Shown: piece after piece, positions 12,057-22,982 of the stretch | Position numbering within the stretch: position 1 is the first letter of the stretch | How the letters are laid out: every line of letters begins with the position of its first letter | NCBI GenBank assembly: GCA_002633005.1 | Contig: NMRA01001223.1 | Coordinates: 1-33,000 of the forward strand | Reading direction: 5' to 3' | From: Phoronis australis | Lineage: Eukaryota > Animalia > Phoronida | Length of the DNA stretch: 33,000 nucleotides | Notes under the pieces: generated by a model | Told to the model about the DNA's origin: nothing | Database searches by the model: none | The model's input: only the letters and a program-made list of their open reading frames with translations | Made by a program: the position numbers and the translations under genes

Positions 12057-14127
12057 GTGATATGCTATTTTCCGAATACACAGTCTTGGTCTTACTATCA
12101 GAATTCTTTGTACATACTTTACGTTTTCTCAATTTCTCATTTTATTTATTATTGGCAGATTTTCATGACCATTCTTGCCAAAGGAACACCAGGGGCTAGG
12201 GTCAAATCTTACTCAAAATCAAAANNNNNNNNNNNNNNNNNNNNNNNNNNNNNNNNNNNNNNNNNNNNNNNNNNNNNNNNNNNNNNNNNNNNNNNNNNNN
12301 NNNNNNNNNNNNNNNNNNNNNNNNNNNNNNNNNNNNNNNNNNNNNNNNNNNNNNNNNNNNNNNNNNNNNNNNNNNNNNNNNNNNNNNNNNNNNNNNNNNN
12401 NNNNNNNNNNNNNNNNNNNNNNNNNNNNNNNNNNNNNNNNNNNNNNNNNNNNNNNNNNNNNNNNNNNNNNNNNNNNNNNNNNNNNNNNNNNNNNNNNNNN
12501 NNNNNNNNNNNNNNNNNNNNNNNNNNNNNNNNNNNNNNNNNNNNNNNNNNNNNNNNNNNNNNNNNNNNNNNNNNNNNNNNNNNNNNNNNNNNNTGTGAGA
12601 TAAGTCACTGTCTTTTTCATCTGTCAGTATTAGAAGCATAGTGGTGATAACCACTTTACAAGAAAAACTGTAAATAATGTTGAATAAGAAGCTCCAAATT
12701 CATGTCATGAACATATCCATTCAGGTGAACAGTTTCCGTTTTCACTCTGGTCTAATTTAGGATCCTTTCTTCAGTAGTGCCATCTGGTGATAGCTTTTCT
12801 TTTAAGATAGGGAGAGCTGCTGTCAATGCGATTTCATGCAAACTATATCAAAGCGTGTTGCGGTTATGTAGAATGTCTGTGTTCCTTCTGAACAGTACTA
12901 TACCAAAGGAAGTAGGTTTTTTTTTGTATGAACAGAAAATCATTGACATGAACTTCATAATCCACCGTTTCAACTACAGTCAAACTTACAGTAATTGAAT
13001 GGTTTGTATTATCCACTTGAAAGAACGTAGGGGTAGCTCATATTTTGTTCATAGGTATTATGTTCAATGATTCAAGATGATTGGTTGGTTCTAGAGTAGG
13101 GTTCAGAGTTCATGGGTCGAGATTGTCAAGTGGTCTCCTTATTGATTGATTGGTTGTGTAAACAACCACTTATGATTTAATGAAAGTGGCATGTATGCTT
13201 GCCTTGGCGACATTAAATTTTTGTCACAGATTTTCTTCACGCAAAGTTCACGTAAAATTACCGTGCTTTACCCGATTGTTTCTCAGGGATCTCAAATTGG
13301 CCGGGAAATTTAAAACTGAAATGTAGTGGTCAAGCTGACCATGGGTTATTGAAATCAAAATTTTTGATAGGCCGGTGTGGCATTTCCTCACGCTGACTTC
13401 ACCATTTACTTTAAGCAAGAACTTTAATTTTTCAATTGAAAGGAGCCAAAACAACTATTTGAGCTCTATTTCAGTAGAAAGTGTGTGTTCTTTGACCCTG
13501 CCCAAATATGTTGAGGTGCCTCTGAAACTGAATTTCGTTACCCCAGAGTAAGCGAGTTGCGTAGGTATTGGGAGATGATTTTTTTGCAAGACTGGCATTC
13601 CCAGTCATTTGCATTTTTATGGAAGTCTCAATCATATGAATTGGAGTGAGCACTTATCATGGGTGTTTAAAAGTGAAAATTTAGAAATTTCGGAGTTAGT
13701 CTTTAAGCCAAACGTGGCTGTTGAAGTAGATGAGTAGTGCAAGCACTGTGGAAAAAGGACTACTATTCTGCTCAAAGAAAAAGTCATTGTAACTTAAGCA
13801 ATTTTGTGCCCAGGTTTTATGTATTAGAATGGGACGTGCTGTTGTGTAGTGAAGACCACTCGTGTCTGACACAAATACATAGTTGTATTTCAACTATATT
13901 GCATCACGGTTTGTAAACTTCTTTTGTTTGAAAAACCAAGTTAGAACAAACTCTTGTGTTACTATGTTCTATGCTGGAGTTTAGATGTAAATTTGTAAAG
14001 TTCCTGCGAAACCTGTTGAAATTTTGATGTAAAGTTCATGTTCGATATATAATAAAAAGTTAAACTCGTCATTCTTAAGATGTTTAATGCTCAAACCAAG
14101 AAAAGCAGTAGCAATAATTTGAAGACT
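12057..14127. repeat. Large direct duplication, copy 1 (probable uncollapsed haplotype)
   Basis: Colinear with 14345-16862, with scattered SNPs and small indels. Ends at the single N at 14128 and contains a gap. Confidence 0.9.
12225..12593. other. Assembly gap (369 N)
   Basis: Run of N. The corresponding interval in copy 2 is 14505-15311 (807 bp). Confidence 0.99.
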
Positions 14128-14344
14128 NTTTTGGAAGGGTAAAACAAGTCATGTTCAAAGCATCCCAGTGCCATTAATATGAAGTCTTTGGGGACAAAAG
14201 TGGTTTCATTTTATAGCTAAAGAGTTAAGCTTTCAAACACAATGCTTGGATTCCAGACTACTTTAACATTTACTTTTGAAATCACCTTTGAAAATACGTT
14301 AAAATGCGCTAAAACAGTTGTCCCTTCCTGGTTATCTCTTCCTG

Positions 14345-16862
14345 GTGATATGCTATTTTCCGAATACACAGTCTTGGTCTTTCTATCAGAATTCTTTGTA
14401 CATACTTTACGTTTTCTCATTTTATTTATTATTGGCAGATTTTCGTGACCATTCTTGCCAAAGGAACACCAGGGGCTAGGGTCAAATCTTACTCAAAATC
14501 AAAACTATTGTTCACATTTTCTAATTGTACTTTTGTGCAGGCCCCCGAAATGGATTTATTAGGGCGAATACGGTAATACTGGAATATAACGTTCCTACAT
14601 TTTGATAACCAGATTTCTCCACTAAATAAGGCGCATCATAATGGCCTACATGGATAACTTTCTAGTCTTAGTTTGCACTTGATCACCCCAGAACTAAGGC
14701 TTTAAGTTAGTGTCTGAACTCCTAGTTTTGAATTTTTACTCAAGATCTAACTGGAGTTTGTAGCCTTGATTTTAGTGGTCAGCTAAGAGCAAACTTGGAC
14801 TTTAAGCTCATATGATTGTATAAACCGTAACATACTCAAGCACAGAGTATTAACCGCTTGTCTTGAGTTGGCGCAAAAAGTAGAATAGAAAATGCCAAAA
14901 ATAATCTAGATTTCATGTACAAAGATTAGACCTTGGCCCTAGAAGTGATCGTCTTGAAGAATCATAATGGTGAGAGATACTGTTAACATTTGATTTTTTG
15001 TTTTTGCTATTTGTGTCAGACATAATATATTTTTCTTCTAATCTAGTCACTCCATATTGTATTGTGTAGATACTGCAAGGTATTATTGCCATTTTTTATT
15101 GTGTTTCTGACTGAAACCAAGCCGGGGGGGGGATAGGTTTAAGGTTGGCTGTGCGTGTATGTCTTGGCAAGAAGTGAATGCTAACATTTCAGTTGAGGTT
15201 TCCTGATCTTGTCCCTTTTGAAGTGTGCCATGTCAAGGGAAAGCCATACTTCTCACACTTTAATAGTTACATTGAAATTTATTTGTCTCAGTTGGCATAA
15301 TCAGGGCACGATGTGAGATAAGTCACCGTCTTTTTCATCTGTCAGTATTAGAAGCATAGTGGTGATAACCACTTTACAAGAAAAACTGTAAATAATGTTG
15401 AATAAGAAGCTCCAAATTCATGTCATGAACATATCCATTCAGGTGAACAGTTTCCGTTTTCACTCTGGTCTAATTTAGGATCCTTTCTTCAGTAGTGCCA
15501 CCTGGTGATAGCTTTTCTTTTAAGATAGGGAGAGCTGCTGTCAATGCGATTTCATGCAAACTATATCAAAGCGAGTTGCGGTTATGTAAAATATCTGTGT
15601 TCCTTCTGAACAGTACTATACCAAAGGAAGTAGGTGATTTTTTGTATGGACAGAAAATCCTTGACATGAACTTCAAAATCCACCGTTTCAACTACAGTCA
15701 AACTTACAGTAATTGAATGGTTTGTATTATCCACTTGAAAGAACGTAGGGGTAGCTCATATTTTGTTCATAGGTATTATGTTGTAGCTTGTACAATTCAA
15801 TAATTCAAGGAGATGATTGGTTGGTTCTAGAGTAGGGTTCAGAGTTCATGCGTCGAGATTGTCAAGTGGTCTCGTTATTGATTGATTGGTTGTGTAAACA
15901 ACCACTTATGATTAAATGAAAAGTGGCATGTATGCTTGCCTTGGCGACATTAGATTTTTGTCAAAGATTTTCTTCACGCAGAGTTCACGTAAAATTACCG
16001 TGCTTTACCCGATTGTTTCTCAGGGATCTCAAATTGTGAAATTTAAAACTGTAATGTAGTGGTCAAGCTGACCATGGGTTATTGAAATCAAAATTTTTGA
16101 GAGGCCGGTGTGGCATTTACTCACCCTAATGACTTCACCATTTACTGTAAGCAAGAACCTTAATTTTTCAATTGAAAGGAGCCAAAACAACTATTTGAGC
16201 TCTCCTTCAGTAGAAAGTGCATGTTCTATGACCCTGCCCAAATATGTCGAGGTGCCTCTGAAACTGAATTTCGTTACCCCAAACTAAGCGAGTTGCGTAG
16301 ATATTGGGAGCTGATTTTTTGCAAGACTGGCATTCACAGTCATTTGCATTTTTATGGAAGTCCCAATCATATGAATTGGAGTGAGCGCTTAACATGGGTG
16401 TTTAAAAGTGAAAATTTAGAAATTTCGGAGTTAGTCTTTAAGCCAAACGTGGCTGTTGATGTAGATGAGTAGTGCAAGCACTGTGGAAAAAGGACTACTA
16501 TTCTGCTCAAAGAAAAAGTCATTGTAACTTAAGCAATTTTGTGCCCAGGTTTTATGTATCAGAATGGGACGTGCTGTTGTGTAGTGAAGACCACTCGTGT
16601 CTGACGCAAATATATAGTTGTATTTCAACTATATTGCATCACGGTTTGTAAACTTCTTTTGTTTGAAAAACCAAGTTAGAACAAACTCTTGTGTTACTAT
16701 GTTCTATGCTGGAGTTAAGATGTAAATTTGTAAAGTTCCTGCGAAACCTGTTGAAATTTTGATGTAAAGTTCATGTTCGATATAAAATAAAAAGTTAAAC
16801 TCGTCATTCTTAAGATGTTTAATGCTCAAACCAAGAAAAGCAGTAGCAATAATTTGAAGACT
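14345..16862. repeat. Large direct duplication, copy 2
   Basis: Starts GTGATATGCTATTTTCCGAATAC and ends GCAATAATTTGAAGACT, the same boundaries as copy 1. Confidence 0.9.
16786..16791 (+). terminator. Candidate polyadenylation signal of the + strand gene (duplicate at 14051-14056)
   Basis: AATAAA at the end of a long T/GT-rich UTR-like region, just before the opposite-strand signal. Confidence 0.4.
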
Positions 16863-16961
16863 TGTAACTATTGCTTTTGTAGGTGTTGTCAGCTGATGTT
16901 CATCTCGAACCTCCTAAATCAGAATTGGCATAAAATAGAACACAGCTGATTGTAGTTTAAC

Positions 16962-16967
16962 TTTATT
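16962..16967 (-). terminator. Candidate polyadenylation signal of CCDC181
   Basis: TTTATT on + (AATAAA on -), about 2.15 kb downstream of the CCDC181 stop, near where the strand skew flips from T-rich to A-rich. Confidence 0.45.
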
Positions 16968-17334
16968 CAATTACTACTTATTATTTAATCTCATAAATTA
17001 TTCAATCTAAATTTCTGTGCTATCATACAATAAGGCACATGTACACAGGACATTTATAACAAAATATGGAAGTTCACAGGATGAATGAGTCAAATGAGTT
17101 GTTGAGAGTACCAGACATACAAACTTAACGAGTCCATGCTACCTTATGTATACCACATGTCTATGAAGAACAGAATTAGTGGCACATAATAGTCCTGAAA
17201 GACTGCAGACTGCCTAGCCAAATTTGTTGGTGTGTATAAGTCGTCACCTTTCCAATTACCTGCCCCGTGAACTCTCCTACAGACAACCCGTCTACACGCG
17301 GTTTGTAGGTAAGAGTCACTTTGAGTGGTCCCGG

Positions 17335-17390
17335 ATTTTGAGAACCAGTTTGACGCCTGTTACTCAGTGGAGAAAACTGGTTCTCAAAAT
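17335..17390. repeat. Perfect 17-bp inverted repeat with 22-nt loop
   Basis: ATTTTGAGAACCAGTTT (17335-17351) and AAACTGGTTCTCAAAAT (17374-17390). Confidence 0.9.
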
Positions 17391-19118
17391 ATAGGAGCTG
17401 TGTGCTGTTACATTTTTTGGGGACAACACAGATTCTTCAAAAGGTGTGGTCAGGCATAGATCAAATGAGCCCATAAATCATCACTCCGATAAGTTGTTTT
17501 TGTCAAGGTACCGAGGCGGCGAATGAAGCGATGCACTTACTCATGAATAATGCATGCACACATGTCGAGTACTGGAATGTGGAGCAATATGAAACAAATT
17601 CATCAACTGACTGTGCACTGCCAATCTTTTCTCCTAAACATAATTTGGAAAATACAGGAAACTACTCCAGCAAGTTCCGTCACAAAAATAAGTGATTGAG
17701 TATGATAACACTTCCAAGGTGGGCACATCTTCATTCAACACTGGTGGTTGTTGTGTGTATCCTGGCTTGACGCTACCCTTAATCAAGCTTTGTTCAATGA
17801 CACTTGAAGTTGATCGAAGGCATGGGCTAAGTACAATAAACTGTTCAAGGCCAGGTGTTACTAATAAACTTGCAACTACTTGATGCTGAACTGTACAGAT
17901 TTAACTTCCGACAAAACTTGTGAAAAAGCACTAAACGCACATGCAGCAATGAAAAGTTGATTAAAAATGGATTCATTTGGTAAACATTGACAAGCTATAA
18001 AATTTAATAAATTGTGAAGGCAGGTACACATTGGACGCAAATACTGGGCGAATGTCAAGCGTACTACAATCTAGGACCTTTTGCTAACATCAGTCATACG
18101 TTTAAATTAGTTGCGGAACTCGGACACACAAATGCTACCCAAAATACCTTGTACGAATCTACAGTGAGGACATTGAAGTCCGAGATCGAAATTATTAGCA
18201 GACGACATAGTGACTGCACACCATCACATACTAAAATCTTAACAAAAAACAGAAACATCATTCTTGAAGTCTACTGTCAAAATAAGAGTATAACAAATAA
18301 AAATATGGTGCACCTAAGAATTACATGGTAAATAAGGTATGCTTTCAATTATGCATTGACAAAGGGCCCCAATGAAAAAAAGGTGATACGCCTAGCTATA
18401 GAGTTAAAATGGCCGTAGGCACTTCACTGCGAATGCATGCTGTTTTTTCATGCAACGAAAAGTTGCAACTGACCTTAAATTGGTAATTTTTCACACTCAG
18501 ACTCAACGATCAAATTCACAAGCCACTTTGATGGACTATTTGCAGGTTACGACAGTCTAAGCTAAGGTCAAACACATGACATTTGATCAAATGGGCCCCT
18601 GACAGTGGATAATTGGTAATTTCAATGGCATGTGAGTCACTCCAAAGTAAACAAAATAAATATTAGTAACCAGATGATATTAATGCATTCTTATTCTTTA
18701 TAGGAGTCCATCAAAGACATTCTGTTTGGAAACTTCAACATTTTGACTTGTTGTAATAAGGATGCGAGGTAGATTTTCATGCAACCAATTATGCTATCAA
18801 TGAAAACTGATGAAACCAAATTAAAGTTAAGTAAATTCTTGAACTGTTCTCATAGACCGAGCAGAAAAGTTGATTTGTCGATTCTGGTTTCATTGACTGG
18901 TGGAACCAAGTCAAGAAAAAGTTGTGTGCTCAAAGTCTAAAAGTCACTCCCCTAGGGCTACTGTAAACACTTGCGTTTGAACAATGCAGCATTCAGTCTG
19001 AGTGGCACAATGACAAAACCAAGCTCTTTTAACTCAACTGCAAGATAAAATATCCTGATGTTGGCTTTGAGATCAAACCTTAACCCCAATTCTGACAATT
19101 ACATGAACCACACCCAAC

Positions 19119-19290
19119 CTAGTACCTATACCCGTAGTAGTCTTCGTAGCGGAAGGCCTCGGCGCGTCTTATAGCCAAAACCAACGCCTGTGACTTACGC
19201 GATCGCCGTGCAGCCAGTCGTGTGATTCTGGCTTTTGCCTTCTGCTCTTTCTCGGCTTCAAGCTTTTCTTGTCTCTTTCTTTTTAACCAG
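19119..19290 (-). CDS. CCDC181: Coiled-coil domain-containing protein 181, last coding exon (WLKRKRQEK…AEAFRYEDYYGYRY*)
   Basis: ttttag| acceptor, phase 2, TAG stop. Resembles the vertebrate CCDC181 C-terminus (WLRRKRMEK…FRFTDHYN) as I recall it. Confidence 0.88.
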
Positions 19291-20306
19291 CTAAAATGAA
19301 ACAACGAAGTAGATTATTGCATTGTAATGAAAATAAGTGCAACTCAGTAGGTGTAGACACTTTTTATGTTTTGGTTATAACCTAAAAATAACTGATCACC
19401 ATATTGACATTTCCCTGGCAAAGTAAACTTAAAAAAACTAGAGTAAACAGTGTTAAAAATATTTTGTGCCTTCTATAAAGTTTACTACGTAAGCTAGACA
19501 CATTTCAGAAAATGATAAATAACGTGGAAAATAAATCTGAAACTAAATAAGGCGATCCAGATCCTCCCAAGGATACTATTGTTTCATGAAATGTAGAATA
19601 TCAATATGTCAATTGTCATATAGTGTTTGATTTTACTTTATTTCTGTTTTTGTTGACAAAGGAAGTTATTACATCCGAAAATTTCAAATTTCAGTTGATC
19701 CATTCTTGTTGTTTTATTTACCCATTGATATTCTACAGAAAATGATAAAGCATTTAAACGTGCTTAACCAATAAAATGCAGAGATCAGGACCAGTTGTTA
19801 TAGTACATATTACATTCATTCAGGTGACGAGACGCATAAATTCAATTCGGGGAAAAATAGGTTGATCATTGTCTCTCCGTGATATTGGTAAATTTAGCGA
19901 AATCACTTACTGAGAGACTAAATTGAAAGATGGTAGCAGACGTTGGCCATTGGACATTCTGTCTCTTTTGCCTCTGCCAAGATCATTGGGAAGGAATAGA
20001 ATTAGAACTATCAAAATCAGGATCCAGTGCCCAATTTTGAACCAGTGGTGTTCATTTATCTCCCTTCTACAGTGACATCCTTATCAAGCATATGGCGGGA
20101 AAATAATTTACTCCAGATACTTCAGACGTGGCCTGGCAGACGAGGCAGAAACGTCTGCTACCATCCATCCATTTTAATTATCCAAGTAAGTGATTTCGTT
20201 ATATTTACCATACAAAGTACAATATTTCAGCAAATAATTCACGTATCGAAATTCAAATATGTTTAGATAGTGTGCAGCATATACACAAATGTGGAAGCTG
20301 ACATAC

Positions 20307-20461
20307 GCTTTAAACGCTCGCTCATTTTCTTCACGAGGCCGTATTATCTGCGCCTCTAACTCCTCTCTCCTTCGCTGTTCCTCAAGAAATCGACGCTCGC
20401 GATCCTGTTTGGCTTTAAATGCCTTCCAGTTGTTGAACGCTGTTTCATTATCCTTTACCTC
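20307..20461 (-). CDS. CCDC181: CCDC181 penultimate exon (EVKDNETAFNNWKAFK…ENERAFKA)
   Basis: caacag| and GC|gtatgt, phase 0/2. Repeated AFxxW coiled-coil motif. Confidence 0.9.
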
Positions 20462-20808
20462 CTGTTGAAAAGTTTGGTTGAAAATAAGAAATAAAATGCA
20501 AAAGCTTGACAAGGCCTAGTAAAATTGACCTGAACAAATCATTCTTAATGGTCAAAATACCTGGTTTATCAAAGATCGTAATGCAAATGAGCCTAAGATT
20601 TACGATCGACAGGCACACGCTTCTCACGGGTGCACATGAATTATACCGTCAGGTTTATGTCAGTCGCAACATTTAACTCTGTACAGTTTTGCATTTGCAA
20701 TGTCAATGACCAAAGTTATGACCGGGCCTTGAATGTTATAGGAATTACCAAACTTCATTATAGCAAACCCCAAAAGACTATGGATATGGCAAGCACTTCA
20801 GTTCTCAC

Positions 20809-21944
20809 CTTGGTACCCCCATTCGACTGTGTCTCCTTATCTTCCTGTCGCCTCCTCACAGCCTCTTCACGCTTCTTCTTCAGCCAGAACTCAAATGCGT
20901 CGTTATTCTCCTTCCTCTTCCTGTCCTCTTCTTCCTTCTTCCTTTCCTTTTCCGCCTTCTCCCGCTCTCTCCGCGTGTGCTCCCTCTGCTTCTTCAGATC
21001 CCACTGCTCCGAAGTCATTCCATACGGAGACGACTTGACTTCATACTCGTTTCTGCTTGCCTGAACTGATGAAGAGCGTGGTGGCGTTGTGCTCGCCTGC
21101 TTTCGTCGGCCATTACTTGCTGTTGCAGTGCTTGGCCGTGGTTTGCTTGGAGGGTGAGGATCGTGGCTGCCCGTACTTGTAACACTACCGGCATCACTCC
21201 CCCGTGGTGACGGGGTGGGCTCGGACATACTACCATCTAATGTCTTATCCTTCTCCATCGCCTCCAACTCCTTGGCACTGACATACTCAAATTTACCGTT
21301 CACCTCAACAAGCACCTTTTCATCACTGCTGTTGGCAGTCGTATCGATATTACTAGCAGATGTATCACTGGCAGACGAATCACCATGGGAGGCAGACGTA
21401 TCACCGCCATTGTCAGAAACATCCAGATTGTCTTGTTTTTGTTCATTATCTGCTGTACTCTGTGACTCCACTCCGGCATTTTCTGGCTTTTCAGCTAGCT
21501 GATGTGACTCCCTGCTTTCGTCTGCATTTTTTACCTTTGTTGTTCCTGGCAGGTCATTGTTATCACTGGAAGACTGATCGACCGACAGCCTCCGTTCCTG
21601 GTTATCAACTTGTGTTTTAGGGTCTGCATCTACTGCCTCCACATTTGCACTAGTTTCACTGGCGCCAGTTTGAGATTCTGTTGCGGAACTGTCATTCAGA
21701 GTTAAGTTATTCATGCCCAAATTGTCTGAGTCACTCTCAGGAGGAGCACCGTTTTCCCTCGGTGTTTGTTCGCTATCAGTTTGTCCATCCATTGGTTCTT
21801 CCTCAGGTGGTATTTCGATGACCAAGTCCTCCTTGAATCCAACAGTCCGCCTACGATCACTATTAACAGGTGTGGGGTCCTCAGCTAGTTCCTGGTTTAA
21901 CTGCTTAATTCGCTCCGTCACGTCGTAAGGTGGTGGTTCCTCTT
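20809..21944 (-). CDS. CCDC181: CCDC181 large internal exon (1136 nt)
   Basis: tttcag| and AAG|gtgaga, phase 1/0. Conserved blocks ERIKQLNQEL…FKEDLVIEIPP, KVLVEVNGKFE and ENNDAFEFWLKKKRE correspond to CCDC181 FKDQLVDLEVPP, ILVERDGKFE and ENDIVFKAWLQKKRE. Confidence 0.92.
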
Positions 21945-22560
21945 CTGAAAAAATAATATTAAAAGGTTTTATTAGAAACTGAATGACATAACACCTAAAG
22001 CAGCCATAAACCTGTCAAACAAAACTTGCAACAAAAATTGACCTAAACTTATTTCTTAATACTAAGATAAGGTGGATGCTGGGCTTGCAAAGACCTTGCA
22101 TTTCGTTATTCTGTGAGACATTAGGTTCCGTACAAAATAGATGTCATACTGCGACAAGCCACAGAGCCCCAGCTTCAAGCAACAAATTGAACAAATCGTC
22201 AACAGTTCCAATCGTGGAAATTACATCAACTGGTAATTTTTTTGGCCCAAATCAAAACTTGTTTTTTATGGAAATGGGTTGTAAACCATTTTAAAGGTCC
22301 ATGCATCACTAAGTTGAATTGAATGAAGATAGGAGCTGCAAATTTTTGCTCAAAGCAAGCCAGGAACTCAATTCGATTTATTCTTTTTTGTAATTAATGT
22401 TCACTTAATTGCTGTACTAAAAAACAAAATTAAGGGTTCCACCCCAAAACAGCAGCAAAAACATTTCATGGTTCTCAAATGTGGCCCTAATATAGCACTT
22501 ACGAAAAATGTAGCAAAAACCCAGCACGCCAAAAAGTGATAGGTTAAGTTTGAAACAAAA

Positions 22561-22982
22561 GTCCCGCTTAGACATCAACTTTTGGCCCGGTGCAACTGAC
22601 ACAGAGCAAATTGACCCGTGTAAAGCGACCGTTTACACACACAACTCACTAACTGTGGCAAGACGGAAATTGCAGGCTGGAGAGACTGGATCACACATGC
22701 GCAGGTTTACAAATGACGAGAGTTGCAGAAACAAACAACCCGTATGTAGGTCATTAGGCAAGCACGGTAGAGCTGATCCTTTCCGACTTTTCCCCAGTTT
22801 CGCGTTTAGACACGACACAGAGCAAGATGGTCGGGCGCAAATTGCTCTACCTCACAAACGGGTGGCAAAAGTTAATTGTCAAAGCGGTGTCAGTTTGCTC
22901 CGTGTCAGTCCCATTTACACACTGGAATATTACTCGTTCCGTGTCAGCTGATCCGTGTCGACTTTTGAAGTGTAAACGGCAC
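22561..22982. mobile_element. PIF/Harbinger-like MITE (422 bp)
   Basis: Imperfect TIRs GTCCCGCTTAGACATCAA versus reverse complement GTGCCGTTTACACTTCAA (14/18). Subterminal TGACAC(A/G)GAGCAAA inverted repeats and AAA/TAA flanks resembling a TWA target-site duplication. Confidence 0.6.

Noticed and set aside
12057-12654. ORFs of 133-194 aa
   Set aside because: Length comes from the run of Ns.
12777-16628. Paired similar ORFs (12777/15495, 13696/16431, 13471/16207) suggesting a duplicated gene
   Set aside because: Similarity simply reflects the DNA duplication. They have non-ATG starts, frame-changing indels between copies and no recognisable domain.
20630-21928. Several + strand and alternate-frame ORFs over the large CCDC181 exon
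   Set aside because: Shadow ORFs of a biased Glu/Lys/Arg/Ser-rich coding exon.
22550-22951. 133-aa ORF as a possible transposase or gene
   Set aside because: It lies within the MITE, has a TTG start and shows no DDE or other motif.
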